Positions 12,881 through 23,200 of a stretch of DNA of 64,000 nt are shown in pieces; position 1 is the first letter of the stretch; every line of letters begins with the position of its first letter. Below the pieces are notes generated by a model. The model was not told the origin of the DNA and did no database searches. It was given only the letters and a program-made list of their open reading frames with translations. The position numbers were made by a program, and so were the translations under genes. Source of the DNA: Vicugna vicugna (taxonomy: Eukaryota); contig MU058241.1 in assembly GCA_013265495.1 (NCBI GenBank), positions 248,001-312,000 of the forward strand, in the 5' to 3' direction.

Positions 12881-13187
12881 CAGTGCTGTCCAAAGAGATA
12901 GACTGTGAGCCACACATGTAATTTTGCATTTTCTAGTAGATACATTTTAAAAAGGAAAAAGAGATTCAGTTAATTCAAATAATATATTTTACTTAGGCCA
13001 CTATATCCAAAATATTATCATTTCAATATCTAATCATAAAAATATTAAGATATTATACATTTTTTTCACACTAAGTCTTTGAAACCTAGAGTGTATTTTT
13101 CACTTACAGTGCCTCTCAGTTTGGACTTGCCACACTTTAAAAGCTTAGTAGCCACATGTGGTTAGTGGCTGCCATATCACAGCTATA
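12881..13187 (+). mobile_element. MER33-like hAT-Charlie element
   Basis: CAGTGCTGTCCAA..GAGCCACACATGTAATTTT..TATATCCAAAATATTATCATTTCAA..CTAAGTCTTTGAAACC..TAGCCACATGTGGTTAGTGGCT. Confidence 0.85.
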
Positions 13188-13217
13188 GAAATTACATCTA
13201 TTAACGTTCTCTGAGGC

Positions 13218-13400
13218 GGCGTTTCTCATTCTCAGCACCACTGACGTTATAAACTGGATAATCTTTGTTATCATGTGGCAGGAGGAAGAGCTGTCTTGTG
13301 CATGGCAGGGTGTTTAGCAGCATCCCTGGTCCCCGCCCACTAGATGCCAGTAGCACTGCCCTTCCGGGATACGACAACCTAAAGTGTCTCTAGACATCAT
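13218..13400 (-). mobile_element. MER20-like element (partial)
   Basis: GTTTCTCATTCTCAGCACCACTGAC..GCTGTCTTGTGCATGGCAGGGTGTTTAGCAGCATCCCTGG..CCACTAGATGCCAGTAGCAC..GACAACCTAAAGTGTCTCTAGACAT. Confidence 0.8.
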
Positions 13401-13420
13401 CAGACGAGACCATGGCTATA

Positions 13421-14563
13421 TGTACACAAGGGGATACTACTCAGCCATGAAAAGATTGGAATAATGCCCTTTGCAGCAACATTGATGGACCTAGAGATTA
13501 CCATACTAAGTGAAGCAAGTCAGACAGAGAAAGACAAGCACCATATAATATCGTTTATATATGGAATCTAAAATATAATACAAATGAGCTTACTTACAAA
13601 ACAGAAACAGATTCACAGACAGAGAACAAACTTATGGTTACCAAAGAGAAAAGGGGGAGGGGGGAGAGATAAATTAGGAGTTTGGGATTAGCGGGTACAA
13701 ACTGCTGTCTATAAAATAGATAAACAACAAGGACGTATTCTATAGCATAGGGAACTATACTCAGTATCTTATAAAAACCTATAATGAAAAAGAATATATA
13801 TATGTATGTATATACATATATATATGTGTATATATATATAACTGAATCACTGTGCTGTACACCATTCGGAGTGACAAGCAGAATCACGAGGCATGGAACT
13901 TGGACCCGGAAATAAGGGCAGAACAGACCAATAAAGGAGGTACTGTGGACAGGACTGCAGGCAGCGGGAGCACAGTTAGCCGACACTCAGAGCTGAAACA
14001 GGGCTGAGGTTCGTGACTGAGACGATGAGGGCTGACTGACCGAGGCTTCAGTGCACTTTGGGAAGAGTTTAACGATAAGGCAAACTTCCTTGTCTTAAGG
14101 ACCAGGATGAGAATTTGAAACTTTATTCTATAGACAATGGGAGCCAGGGGATGCTATGCAAAGAGAGAGGGGGGCATAAGGAGAACAATGCTGTAGGAAT
14201 GCATGCGACACAGCCTAGAGAGGGAAGAAGTTTAATCAGCCCAGAATGTTCAGTGACGAAGCACCAGGGCAGTGGCAGCGTCTCCAGCGGGGAGGAGGCT
14301 TCAGGAACAGAGAAGAAAGATGACTGATTTTGAGTCTGAGTATCTGGGAGAAGGAATCTGCATAGATACATAACAATGAATGTAAAAGAGATGGCATTAA
14401 CCATCCAGTGTTTATTTTAGCAAAACACTAAGCACAGGGACCAATATTCAATACTCGTAATAACCTATAATGAAAAAGAATACATATGTATAACTGAATC
14501 ACTATGCTGTACACCAGAAACTAACACAATACTGTAAATCATATATACTTCAATAAAAAAAAT
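13421..14563 (+). mobile_element. 5'-truncated L1 3' UTR with 15-bp TSD, interrupted by an inverted copy of upstream DNA
   Basis: L1 3' UTR 13421-13864; L1 terminus and poly(A) ~14490-14562; perfect direct repeat GAGACCATGGCTATA at 13406-13420 and 14564-14578. Confidence 0.92.
13865..14537 (-). repeat. Inverted repeat, right arm (copy inside the L1)
   Basis: Reverse complement of 12262->~11590; only 3 mismatches seen over 11630-12262 (at 11725, 11739, 11783). Confidence 0.97.
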
Positions 14564-14690
14564 GAGACCATGGCTATAAGAAATAGTCACAGACATCTGA
14601 TACGTTTTTAGTTGTGCTTTATTAAAAGTCATTGATGACTTCTCCCAGGCTCTTGCAGTTTCCTAAAGAGCTAAGTGAGTATATGGAGAC

Positions 14691-15430
14691 NNNNNNNNNN
14701 NNNNNNNNNNNNNNNNNNNNNNNNNNNNNNNNNNNNNNNNNNNNNNNNNNNNNNNNNNNNNNNNNNNNNNNNNNNNNNNNNNNNNNNNNNNNNNNNNNNN
14801 NNNNNNNNNNNNNNNNNNNNNNNNNNNNNNNNNNNNNNNNNNNNNNNNNNNNNNNNNNNNNNNNNNNNNNNNNNNNNNNNNNNNNNNNNNNNNNNNNNNN
14901 NNNNNNNNNNNNNNNNNNNNNNNNNNNNNNNNNNNNNNNNNNNNNNNNNNNNNNNNNNNNNNNNNNNNNNNNNNNNNNNNNNNNNNNNNNNNNNNNNNNN
15001 NNNNNNNNNNNNNNNNNNNNNNNNNNNNNNNNNNNNNNNNNNNNNNNNNNNNNNNNNNNNNNNNNNNNNNNNNNNNNNNNNNNNNNNNNNNNNNNNNNNN
15101 NNNNNNNNNNNNNNNNNNNNNNNNNNNNNNNNNNNNNNNNNNNNNNNNNNNNNNNNNNNNNNNNNNNNNNNNNNNNNNNNNNNNNNNNNNNNNNNNNNNN
15201 NNNNNNNNNNNNNNNNNNNNNNNNNNNNNNNNNNNNNNNNNNNNNNNNNNNNNNNNNNNNNNNNNNNNNNNNNNNNNNNNNNNNNNNNNNNNNNNNNNNN
15301 NNNNNNNNNNNNNNNNNNNNNNNNNNNNNNNNNNNNNNNNNNNNNNNNNNNNNNNNNNNNNNNNNNNNNNNNNNNNNNNNNNNNNNNNNNNNNNNNNNNN
15401 NNNNNNNNNNNNNNNNNNNNNNNNNNNNNN
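14691..15430. other. Assembly gap (740 N)
   Basis: Run of N characters. Confidence 1.
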
Positions 15431-15490
15431 CAGTCTGTAGTCACAGAGATTGTCATGTGAGAAGAGAGAGAGATGAGCGGCTTTCAAACA

Positions 15491-15491
15491 T

Positions 15492-15534
<43 letters not shown>

Positions 15535-15540
15535 TTATTT
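15491..15540. repeat. (TTTA)n microsatellite flanked by a 13-bp direct repeat
   Basis: About 12 TTTA units; TTTCAAACATTTA at 15482-15494 and 15541-15553. Confidence 0.92.
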
Positions 15541-15866
15541 TTTCAAACATTTAATAGGTACAGTGGGGCATAGTGGGACAAATGGAAGAATCTTGTGTTG
15601 CCAGTTGTCTTGGATTCTGGGATCTAGAGGTGCTTCTAGAATTTAGTAGTCCAGAAGAATGATCAGGAGTTAGCCTGGCAAGTGATAGAGATAAATTTTT
15701 GGCATAAGAGAGGAGGAAGGTGTGGGAGATTATTCTAGGCAGAGGGATGGCATGTGTAAGGCCCAGAGGTTAGAGAAGGTATGATATTTTGGGAAAATCA
15801 AAGTTTATTTTTGTAGTTCACAAGCAGGAAAAAAAAAACTGGGAACTAGTTTGTGTGTTGTGAGGG

Positions 15867-16208
15867 TGTTATAGTTTAGGTTATTTCCCACATATAATCA
15901 CTCCCTTTGCTTTCGTTGGGAGAACATACTTGCCCATCCTGTTGGTGCTGGATTGGCCATGTGACTTGCTCTGTCCAGTGGGGTATTAGTGGACATGATG
16001 TAGTGAGGCTTGAAGGAACAAGCTTGGGCCAGCTGACTCCTGGACTTGTGAACGTGTCCAGCCAAATTCAGCAGAACCCCTCCCTGAATCCACCCTAGAT
16101 CAACCAACTCTTAGGTAGCACACAGACCTGTGAACTAAGAAATGTTTATTATTGTATGCTGCTGAAAATCTATGGATGCTTTTTATACAGCAGGGGCTAA
16201 CCAATACA
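15867..16208 (+). mobile_element. MLT1 (ERVL-MaLR) solo LTR
   Basis: TG start, TGGCCATGTGACTTGCTCTGTCCAGTGGGG core and typical terminus ..TTATACAGCAGGGGCTAACCAATACA. Confidence 0.75.
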
Positions 16209-17454
16209 CTGGAATACTAGAACACTGATCTGTAATTCAGCCAGTCACTGGGCAGATCGTATGCTTAATATCATCTGTGTATTGCCCAGATTGATTGTAG
16301 AATAAATAATGTATTGACAAAAGGGAAAAATGAGTATTTTAATGCCATATGATAACAAGGTTGTAATTTGAGTGACCACAAAGAATACTGTTAGAATTCA
16401 AAATAAGGCATTTATTCATTTGTACATTCATTTAACCGTGTGTATTGATAAAAGTACAATGTGTCCAACTCTGTTAGGATCTAGGAAGACAATACTCATG
16501 AAGATTATAGTAGAGGATCCAGAGGTTTGTAGGAGAGTTATGTAGAGATTAAAGAAAATTCCTCTAAATAAAAATTCACCCTCTGACCTCTGCCTCCCTC
16601 CCCCACCAAATGCTCCCACCCACAACTGAGTTTTAGGAATGGCCGATTGTTCTTACTTCTTCTCATGTTGGGACTAGAAAAAATACGAAGGGAGAGATTT
16701 CAGGTGCCCTCCCTGCAATTAAATGCTCATGCCTAGAGGTGTCCTAAGACTCTAGAAGCAATTTCCAATGGAAATGTGAAGATTCCTTTCTGGTGGGAGA
16801 TATTTAGGCAAGGGCATAAAAAAAAAATCCTGGGGAGAAATTTCAGTTCAGTCATTCCACAAGGGGTTGGAGAGCAGAGAGCCAAACAACTCCACGGTCC
16901 CAAGATTCTCTCGTTGGTCTTTATAAAATGACTATCTATGGGCAGAGTTTTGGTTTCCATTTTTAGTTCAGTTGGCTCTAAATTTGAGGTCCTTAAAGTA
17001 TTGTTTAATGTGTATTCCATTGTGGCAGCTAGTCTGCTCTCAGAAATAAGCTAAGATAATCAATTTCTAAAAATATCGTCTAAACCCAATTGCTTTTGGC
17101 ATGTTGGGCATAGGCAGGCTTTCCTATGGAAAATTTAGCGAGCTGGATATTTTTGTAGACCTGTTCTCAGTTGTAATCATCACCATACTGACAACCATCT
17201 GCGTCAATCTGTTTATCCGTTCCCATTTTATTCAAGGGAAATGAAAATAAATGGGCAGAACCGACTTGTTCCAGGGGAGTGGAAGAGAAATGTAATAGAG
17301 GCATAGATCTTAAAGAGGGAGTCGCCACAAAGCATGCAAGGCACTCTTTTGTTTGTGCAGTCAACAAGGGTCTGAATTCACAGAGCAGGCCAGAGGAAAC
17401 ATGAAGGAACCTGCTTAAAAGAAAATTCTTATTTGTTATCGCCACCAACGGTAG

Positions 17455-17965
17455 GACAAAACGGCATGGACACAGCTTACATCTGGCATTTCTGCCTCCC
17501 AAATGCCTCACCTGAATCTAATCAGGAGAAAGCATCAGGCCAGCGCAATCTGAGCGCATTCTTCAAAACGCCTGGCCTGTACTTATGGAAAGTGCTAGTG
17601 TCGTTCAAGACAAAGAAATGAGACGTGAAAACTGAATGCAACGTGGATCAGGGAAAAGCTTTCCATAAAAATGTGATCGGAAAAATGGGTGAGATCTGAA
17701 TGTGATGATAATAGTACATCAGCCTTAAATTCGTCAGTTTGATGAGCACGTTCTTAGGAAGCGTGTGCTGCAGGATTTAGGGTTAAAGGGTGTGATGTCC
17801 ACACTTCACTTTCAAATGGATGGTTCAGAAAACACTCCCTCAAATAACAAGCAAATGGAGTGAAATGTTTTCAGTTGGTGAATTTGCTGACGGTACATGG
17901 AGTGCTTTTTAGGCTCCTTGTGAGTCTTTTGTGAATTTTACACTCCTTCAGAATAAAAAGTTAAG
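17455..17965 (+). mobile_element. Old L1 (L1MC/ME-type) 3' end
   Basis: CCTGAATCTAATCAGGAGAAAGCATCAG..AAACTGAATGCAACGTGG..GGGTGAGATCTGAATG..CAAATGGAGTGAAATGTT..CAGAATAAAAAGTT. Confidence 0.65.
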
Positions 17966-18189
17966 TCTCTAGCAGAAATTCTTAATATTTCAAAAGGTTA
18001 TGGCAGCATAAATTCCTAAGAAGTCCTTTATCCCCACAGTCTGATGTGTAAGTAGGATGAACTTTAACTCTGCTGGTATGAATTCATTGATAAATATGAA
18101 CTCAGAAATTAGCTTTCTTAACCTAGTAAATAATTGCTTAACTGTAGCTAGTTGTTCAGAGCGATCCACATTTAAGAAATACTTTGTTT

Positions 18190-18260
18190 TCTACACCAGA
18201 AACTAACACAGTGCCATAAATTGACTGTACTTCAATTTAAATAATAAAAAAAAGGAAAAA
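18190..18260 (+). mobile_element. Extremely truncated (~70 bp) L1 3' terminus with degenerate TSD
   Basis: TACACCAGAAACTAACACAGTGCCATAAATTGACTGTACTTCAAT plus A-tail; flanks AAGAAATACTTTGTTT / AGGAAATTTTTTGTTT. Confidence 0.75.
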
Positions 18261-19344
18261 AGGAAATTTTTTGTTTAGATTTATCCAATGACAATACTAA
18301 TTTTAAATTAAAAAAATCAAACCATTAAAGTAATTAATAGCCTAATATTAATTTTTAAAAAATCAATTGTGTATTTTGCCAAAAGGAGAAAAGCTTTATG
18401 GTGGGTTGGTTGATGTCTAGGTAGCTATTTGACTAAATTAAGTAACTATTAACCAATTTACTGGTCTCTAAGTTAGCAAATATAACTGTATTTTCTGTGC
18501 ATTTAGTCATGACTGGAAACATTATTTCTTAGAAAAAAATTAAATATATCCTTGTGGGTGAAAGAGAACTTTACAATCTCAAACACATCCACAAATAATT
18601 TCTTTCTTGTTCTCATTCTTTAAAACATTTAAACTGACTGTTGGGAAGGAAATTACATAAGGAGCAAACACAATGCAAAGGCTTGTCTGCTTGAGTGGGC
18701 CCATTCTTTTACAAAGTAGAGATAAAACTTTTCTTGTCATTCTCGATGCCAGAAGGTCTTAAAGGTGGAGGTTTTATTGACCTCCAAGAGAAGCTGATGG
18801 GATGCTCAGAGGTATGTGCCAGAACACATTGTTGAATTATTGACACATCCATGCATGAGTTGGTAATAACTACTGCTCCCAGCTCTCGCGTGCCCTCCCA
18901 TAGCCCCGCTCTTCTCTGGGTACCTCAGACTCCCTAAAACCCAACCTCTGAAGGACTAGAGTTGGGCAGAGCAGGGAACCTCCAAGACTTGACTTACATT
19001 CCCCTTAATAGGATGGTGCCTCCGTTAGAGGTTTGAATCTGATGCCTCTCTCCGTGGAGTCACTACTCACTGCAGGAAATGGAGCCAGATGAGAAATTCA
19101 GCTTTCAGGAGGAAAGAATCAACTTAAGGATAGAGTGTAAATCTTTGAATGACATAGGTCTCCAAATGACTTTTCTCCTAGGAGCCTCCATAGAGGGTGG
19201 CTCCGTGCCAGCCAGAGGAAGCACGTTCTTTGTGGATTTACATGTCAGGAGACCAACTCTCCCCTTAGGTGCAACTGGGGCTCATGTTCCCACTGAGAAT
19301 GAGAAGAGCGGCCGCTCGCAGCTGGGAGCTGGGTCTTGGTGTTC

Positions 19345-19843
19345 TGTTGCTGAAAAGAAACAATTTCACAGAATTACTGATGGCAGATAAGGCCACTCTA
19401 AAACCGCAATGGTCAAGGGAAAAAACAAGATTGCTCCATAATCATGTCGGAACGTGGACAGAAACACAAACATTCTCCAAACCACAAAATGACCAAACAT
19501 CCCACTTTCCTGGTTAATATGAATGACTGCTGCTGTTTTACTAATTACAGCTTCAGTATCACTTCCTGTTTTCTAGACAGCTTCATCAAGATGCCCAGTG
19601 ATATAATTACCTCTGTTTTCTGGCACCACCCAGTTCAAAGTCCCACTTTCTTGAATCCTCTTGAATCCTCTCTCAGATCACCTAATGCAAGCCCACATTC
19701 TGTAATGTCTTTCTAACACCTCACTGAGATGTCCAGGAGTCCCCAAGATATGTCATCTCCCTGGTTGCAATGAATCAGTAAATCCAATTCTGATCAGTTG
19801 CAATTGTTTTCCTGACTGGTCTTTGACTGGAAGACATTTATAT
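19345..19843 (+). mobile_element. ERVL-class solo LTR (MER54/MER74 group)
   Basis: GGCAGATAAGGCCACTCT..CTCCATAATCATGTC..CCACAAAATGACCAAACATCCC..TAATATGAATGACTGCTGCT..CTTTCTAACACC..TGGTCTTTGACTGGAAGACATT. Subfamily uncertain. Confidence 0.7.
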
Positions 19844-20803
19844 TATCATGATTCTGTGATGCTCCGTAATACTTTCTTAGAGGATGTTGGGGAAAATAAA
19901 ATACAGAGTTCCTTTTTCAGTCACCATGTGACAGAGTGATTCTTAAGGCAATGTCCTCTAGCCACTAAGAATTAGAAAAAATGAAGGTCACTGGCCACTG
20001 GTTTGTAATTGTAACTTGGGCGGCGTAGAGGATTTGGGGATTTCTGAGTCATCTCAAATGTATTTAAGGTGGTTGTAGGGAAGTAAAAGATTTATGGATT
20101 CTTTCCTTACCTCTTTAGTATTTACATTATTTTAGCCAAGAAATAGTGGTAGAAATTAGATATCTAAGAAACACGCTTCAATTTCTTACGAACATTATGA
20201 AAAAAACATCGAACATAATTAAAGAGTAGTAATTACTTGGTGACATTCTGCTAGGTGCTCAGTTTGCAAACAAATAAATCATCTTTGTGCTGTTTGTGAA
20301 AGTATAGACATACTAAGAAAACACATAGTGAAATACCATTTGAAGTTTATCTGTTAAGGAGAATAAATCAGAAGTTAGTTTACATGAAAACATTGTAAGA
20401 AAAATGCAAACAAGCAGACCCGAGGAATTAAGCTGACGCTTCAAAATGATAATTGTATAGTGCTCTTAATTAGTCGTTAATGCTGAGCATTTTGGAGCAA
20501 CTGCTTGTGTTAAAAATACTCTGCTGACTCCACATATTTGAAAAATAATGAAGCTGCAGTTGATGACATTTTAGAATGGAAAGCAAGCCAAGAACACCTT
20601 ATTGTTGCAGATTATAAACTGGAGCTTGGGGAAGTCTGGTAGACGAGACACCTGATTCCAATATGTTGATCATTCCACCATGCCAGCATGTAGAAATTTC
20701 AGTGAAAGATGTATTTCACTAATTCACATGGACCTTTTCCTCAGTTAGTCCACTATGTCAAAACTCATGATTGGTTTTGACTTTATGAGTCGGTCGTCTA
20801 GAC

Positions 20804-21024
20804 CAGGGTTTCTCAACCTTGGCACTGCTGACATTTTGGGCTGGTCATTTGTTGTGGAGGGTGCTGTCCTGTGTGTTGTAGGATGTTTCATAGAGTCCCT
20901 GGTCTCTACTCTCTGGAGGGCAGTAGCACTTCTCTCATACCCCACCCAAGCTGTAACAACCAGAATTGTCTTCAGACTTTGCCAAATGTCTCATGGAGGA
21001 GAGAGGGGAATCACCTCCAAGCTG
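20804..21024 (-). mobile_element. MER20-like element with intact 8-bp hAT TSD
   Basis: CAGGGTTTCTCAACCTTGGCACTGCTGACATTTTGGGCTGG..; GTCTAGAC at 20796-20803 and 21025-21032. Confidence 0.9.
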
Positions 21025-21360
21025 GTCTAGACTATCCCTACATCTCATAACTCAGTGCAGTTACATTCCCTAGGACTTCAGGGACCCTGAAAGCTTGCAG
21101 AGGATGAGAAAATTCTCCCTGGTGGGGTGTTAGTTGGGTCTTCTTAGCTTTGCATTAGATTTGTTCTCATAAAAGAGTCTTCCCTGATATCATCCTTCTC
21201 AATGTTTCTTAGCATTTTGGAGGCAAGCATGGAAGACCTGCTTGTCAGATGTGTAGGAAACACCAAGGTGGGAAGGGTGGCACCTACACAGGGTGGCAGA
21301 ATCAGGATTCAGACAGCTCTCTGAGGCTGAGTGCAGTCATTAAGAGAATGTGGTCTACAG

Positions 21361-22990
21361 GGATGTGAAAGACTTATATGCTGAGAACTATAAAACATTG
21401 ATAAAGGAAACTGAAAATGATACAAAGAAATGGAAAGATATCCTATGCTCTTGGATTAGAAGAGTTAATATTGTTAAAATGGCCATACTACCCAAAGCAA
21501 TCTACAGATTTAATGTGATCCCTATCAAATTACCCAGGACATTTTCACACAACCAGAACAAATAATCCTAAAATTTATATGGAACCAAAAAAAAGATCCA
21601 GAACTTTCAAAGCAATCTTGGGGAAAAAGAACAAAGCTGGAGACATAACCCTCCCAGGCTTCAGACAATACTACAGAGCTACAGTAATCAAAACAGTGTG
21701 GTACTGGCACAGAAACAGACATATGGATCAATGGAACCGAATAGAGAGCCCAGGAATAAACTCACACACCTACGATCAATTAATCTTCAATAAAGGAGGC
21801 AAGAATAGACAATGGAGTAAAGACAGTCTCTTCAGCAAGTGGTGTTGGGAAAGTTGGACAGCTACATGTAAATCAATGAAGTTAGAACACTCCTTCCCAC
21901 ATGCACAAAAAAACTCAAAATGACTTTAAGACTTAAACGTGAGATGTGACACCATAAACCTCCTAGAAGAGATCACAGACAAGACATTTTCTGACATAAA
22001 TCGTAGCGGCATTTTCTTAGGCCACCAGTCAGAATGGCCATCATTAAAAATTCCACAAATGATAAGGGCTGGAGAGAGTGTGGAAAGAAGGGAACCCTCC
22101 TACACTGTTGGTAGGAATGTAAACTGATGTAGCTATTATGGAAAACAGTATGGAGGTTCCTTAAAAAACTAATAGGGGAATGGGATGGGAAGGGACAGAC
22201 TGGGAGTTCGGAATTTGTAGATACTGACAGGCATATGTAGAATAGATAATCAAGATTATACCATATAGCACAGGGCAATATGTATAAGATCTTGTGGTAG
22301 CTCACAGTGAAAAAGAATGTGACAATGTATGTATGTTCATGTATAACTGAAAATTGTGCTCTACACTGGAAATTGACACAACATTGTAAACTGACTATAA
22401 CTCAATAAAAAAAACTAAAAATAGAGTTACCATATGATCCAGTGATCTCACTTCTGGACGTATATCCAGAGAAAACTCTAATTCTAAAAGATATGAGCAC
22501 CCCAGTGTTCACAGAAGCACTATTTACAATACCCAAGACATGGAAGCAACCTAAATGTCCATCAACAGATGACTGGATAAAGAAGATGTGGTACGCACAC
22601 ACATAATGGAATACTATTCAGCCATACAAAAGGATGAAATAATATCATTTGTAGCAACATGAATGAACCTAGAGATTATCATACTAAGTGAAGTAAGTCA
22701 GACAAAGAAAGACAAATATTATATGGTATCACTTATGGTTACCCAAGGTGTAGGGAGGTGGAGAGGGATAAACTAGGAGTTTGGGATTAGCAGATACAAA
22801 CGACTGTATATAAAATAGATAAACAACAAGGTCCTACTGTAGTGCACATGGAACTGTATTCAATATCTTATAATAACCTATAATAAAAAAGAATATATAT
22901 ATTATATATATAACTGAATCACTATGCTGTACTCCAGAAGCTAACAGAACATTGTCAATCAACTATAGTTAAAAAAAAAAAAAAGAGACT
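21361..22990 (+). mobile_element. 5'-truncated L1: frameshifted ORF2 C-terminal region, 3' UTR and poly(A)
   Basis: Translations [36 protein letters not shown] and [28 protein letters not shown] are L1 ORF2p; TSD GAATGTGGTCTACAG (21346-21360) / GAATCTGGTCTAGAG (22991-23005). Confidence 0.95.
22173..22408 (+). mobile_element. Younger L1 3' UTR fragment nested in the L1 above
   Basis: GGGGAATGGGATGGGAAGGGACAGACTGGGAGTTC..GTGCTCTACACTGGAAATTGACACAACATTGTAAACTGACTATAACTCAATAAAA; interrupts the host at AAAAAACTAA (22163-22172 and 22409-22418). Confidence 0.88.
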
Positions 22991-23005
22991 GAATCTGGTC
23001 TAGAG

Positions 23006-23200
23006 CATGCCTGCTGAGGTTGAAATTTCAGTCCTGGCTGCTGAGGGATCTTGGCACATTACTTAACATCACATTTGTCTGTAAAATGTTGATAATATTA
23101 GCACCTACTGCATGGGGTTGTTATGAAGATCAAGTGATTTAATATTTTGAAAGGCTTGGAGTCTGGCAGCTAAGAAGCTCTCTGTAAGTATTTGTTAAAT
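23006..23200 (+). mobile_element. MIR SINE (its 5' part at ~21330-21360 is split off by the L1)
   Basis: TTGGCACATTACTTAAC..TTTGTCTGTAAAATG..ATAATATTAGCACCTAC..GGGTTGTTATGAAGATCAAGTGA. Confidence 0.75.

Noticed and set aside
11756..14404. Duplicated 70-93 aa ORFs suggesting a gene pair
   Set aside because: A by-product of the inverted duplication of L2-derived non-coding DNA; no protein-like features.
14632..15573. Four long ORFs of 261-313 aa
   Set aside because: They read through the 740-N gap and are almost entirely X.
22010..22040. Spliced L1 RNA as the cause of the ORF2 deletion
   Set aside because: The junction does not rejoin at an AG acceptor boundary; a DNA-level or RT deletion is more likely.
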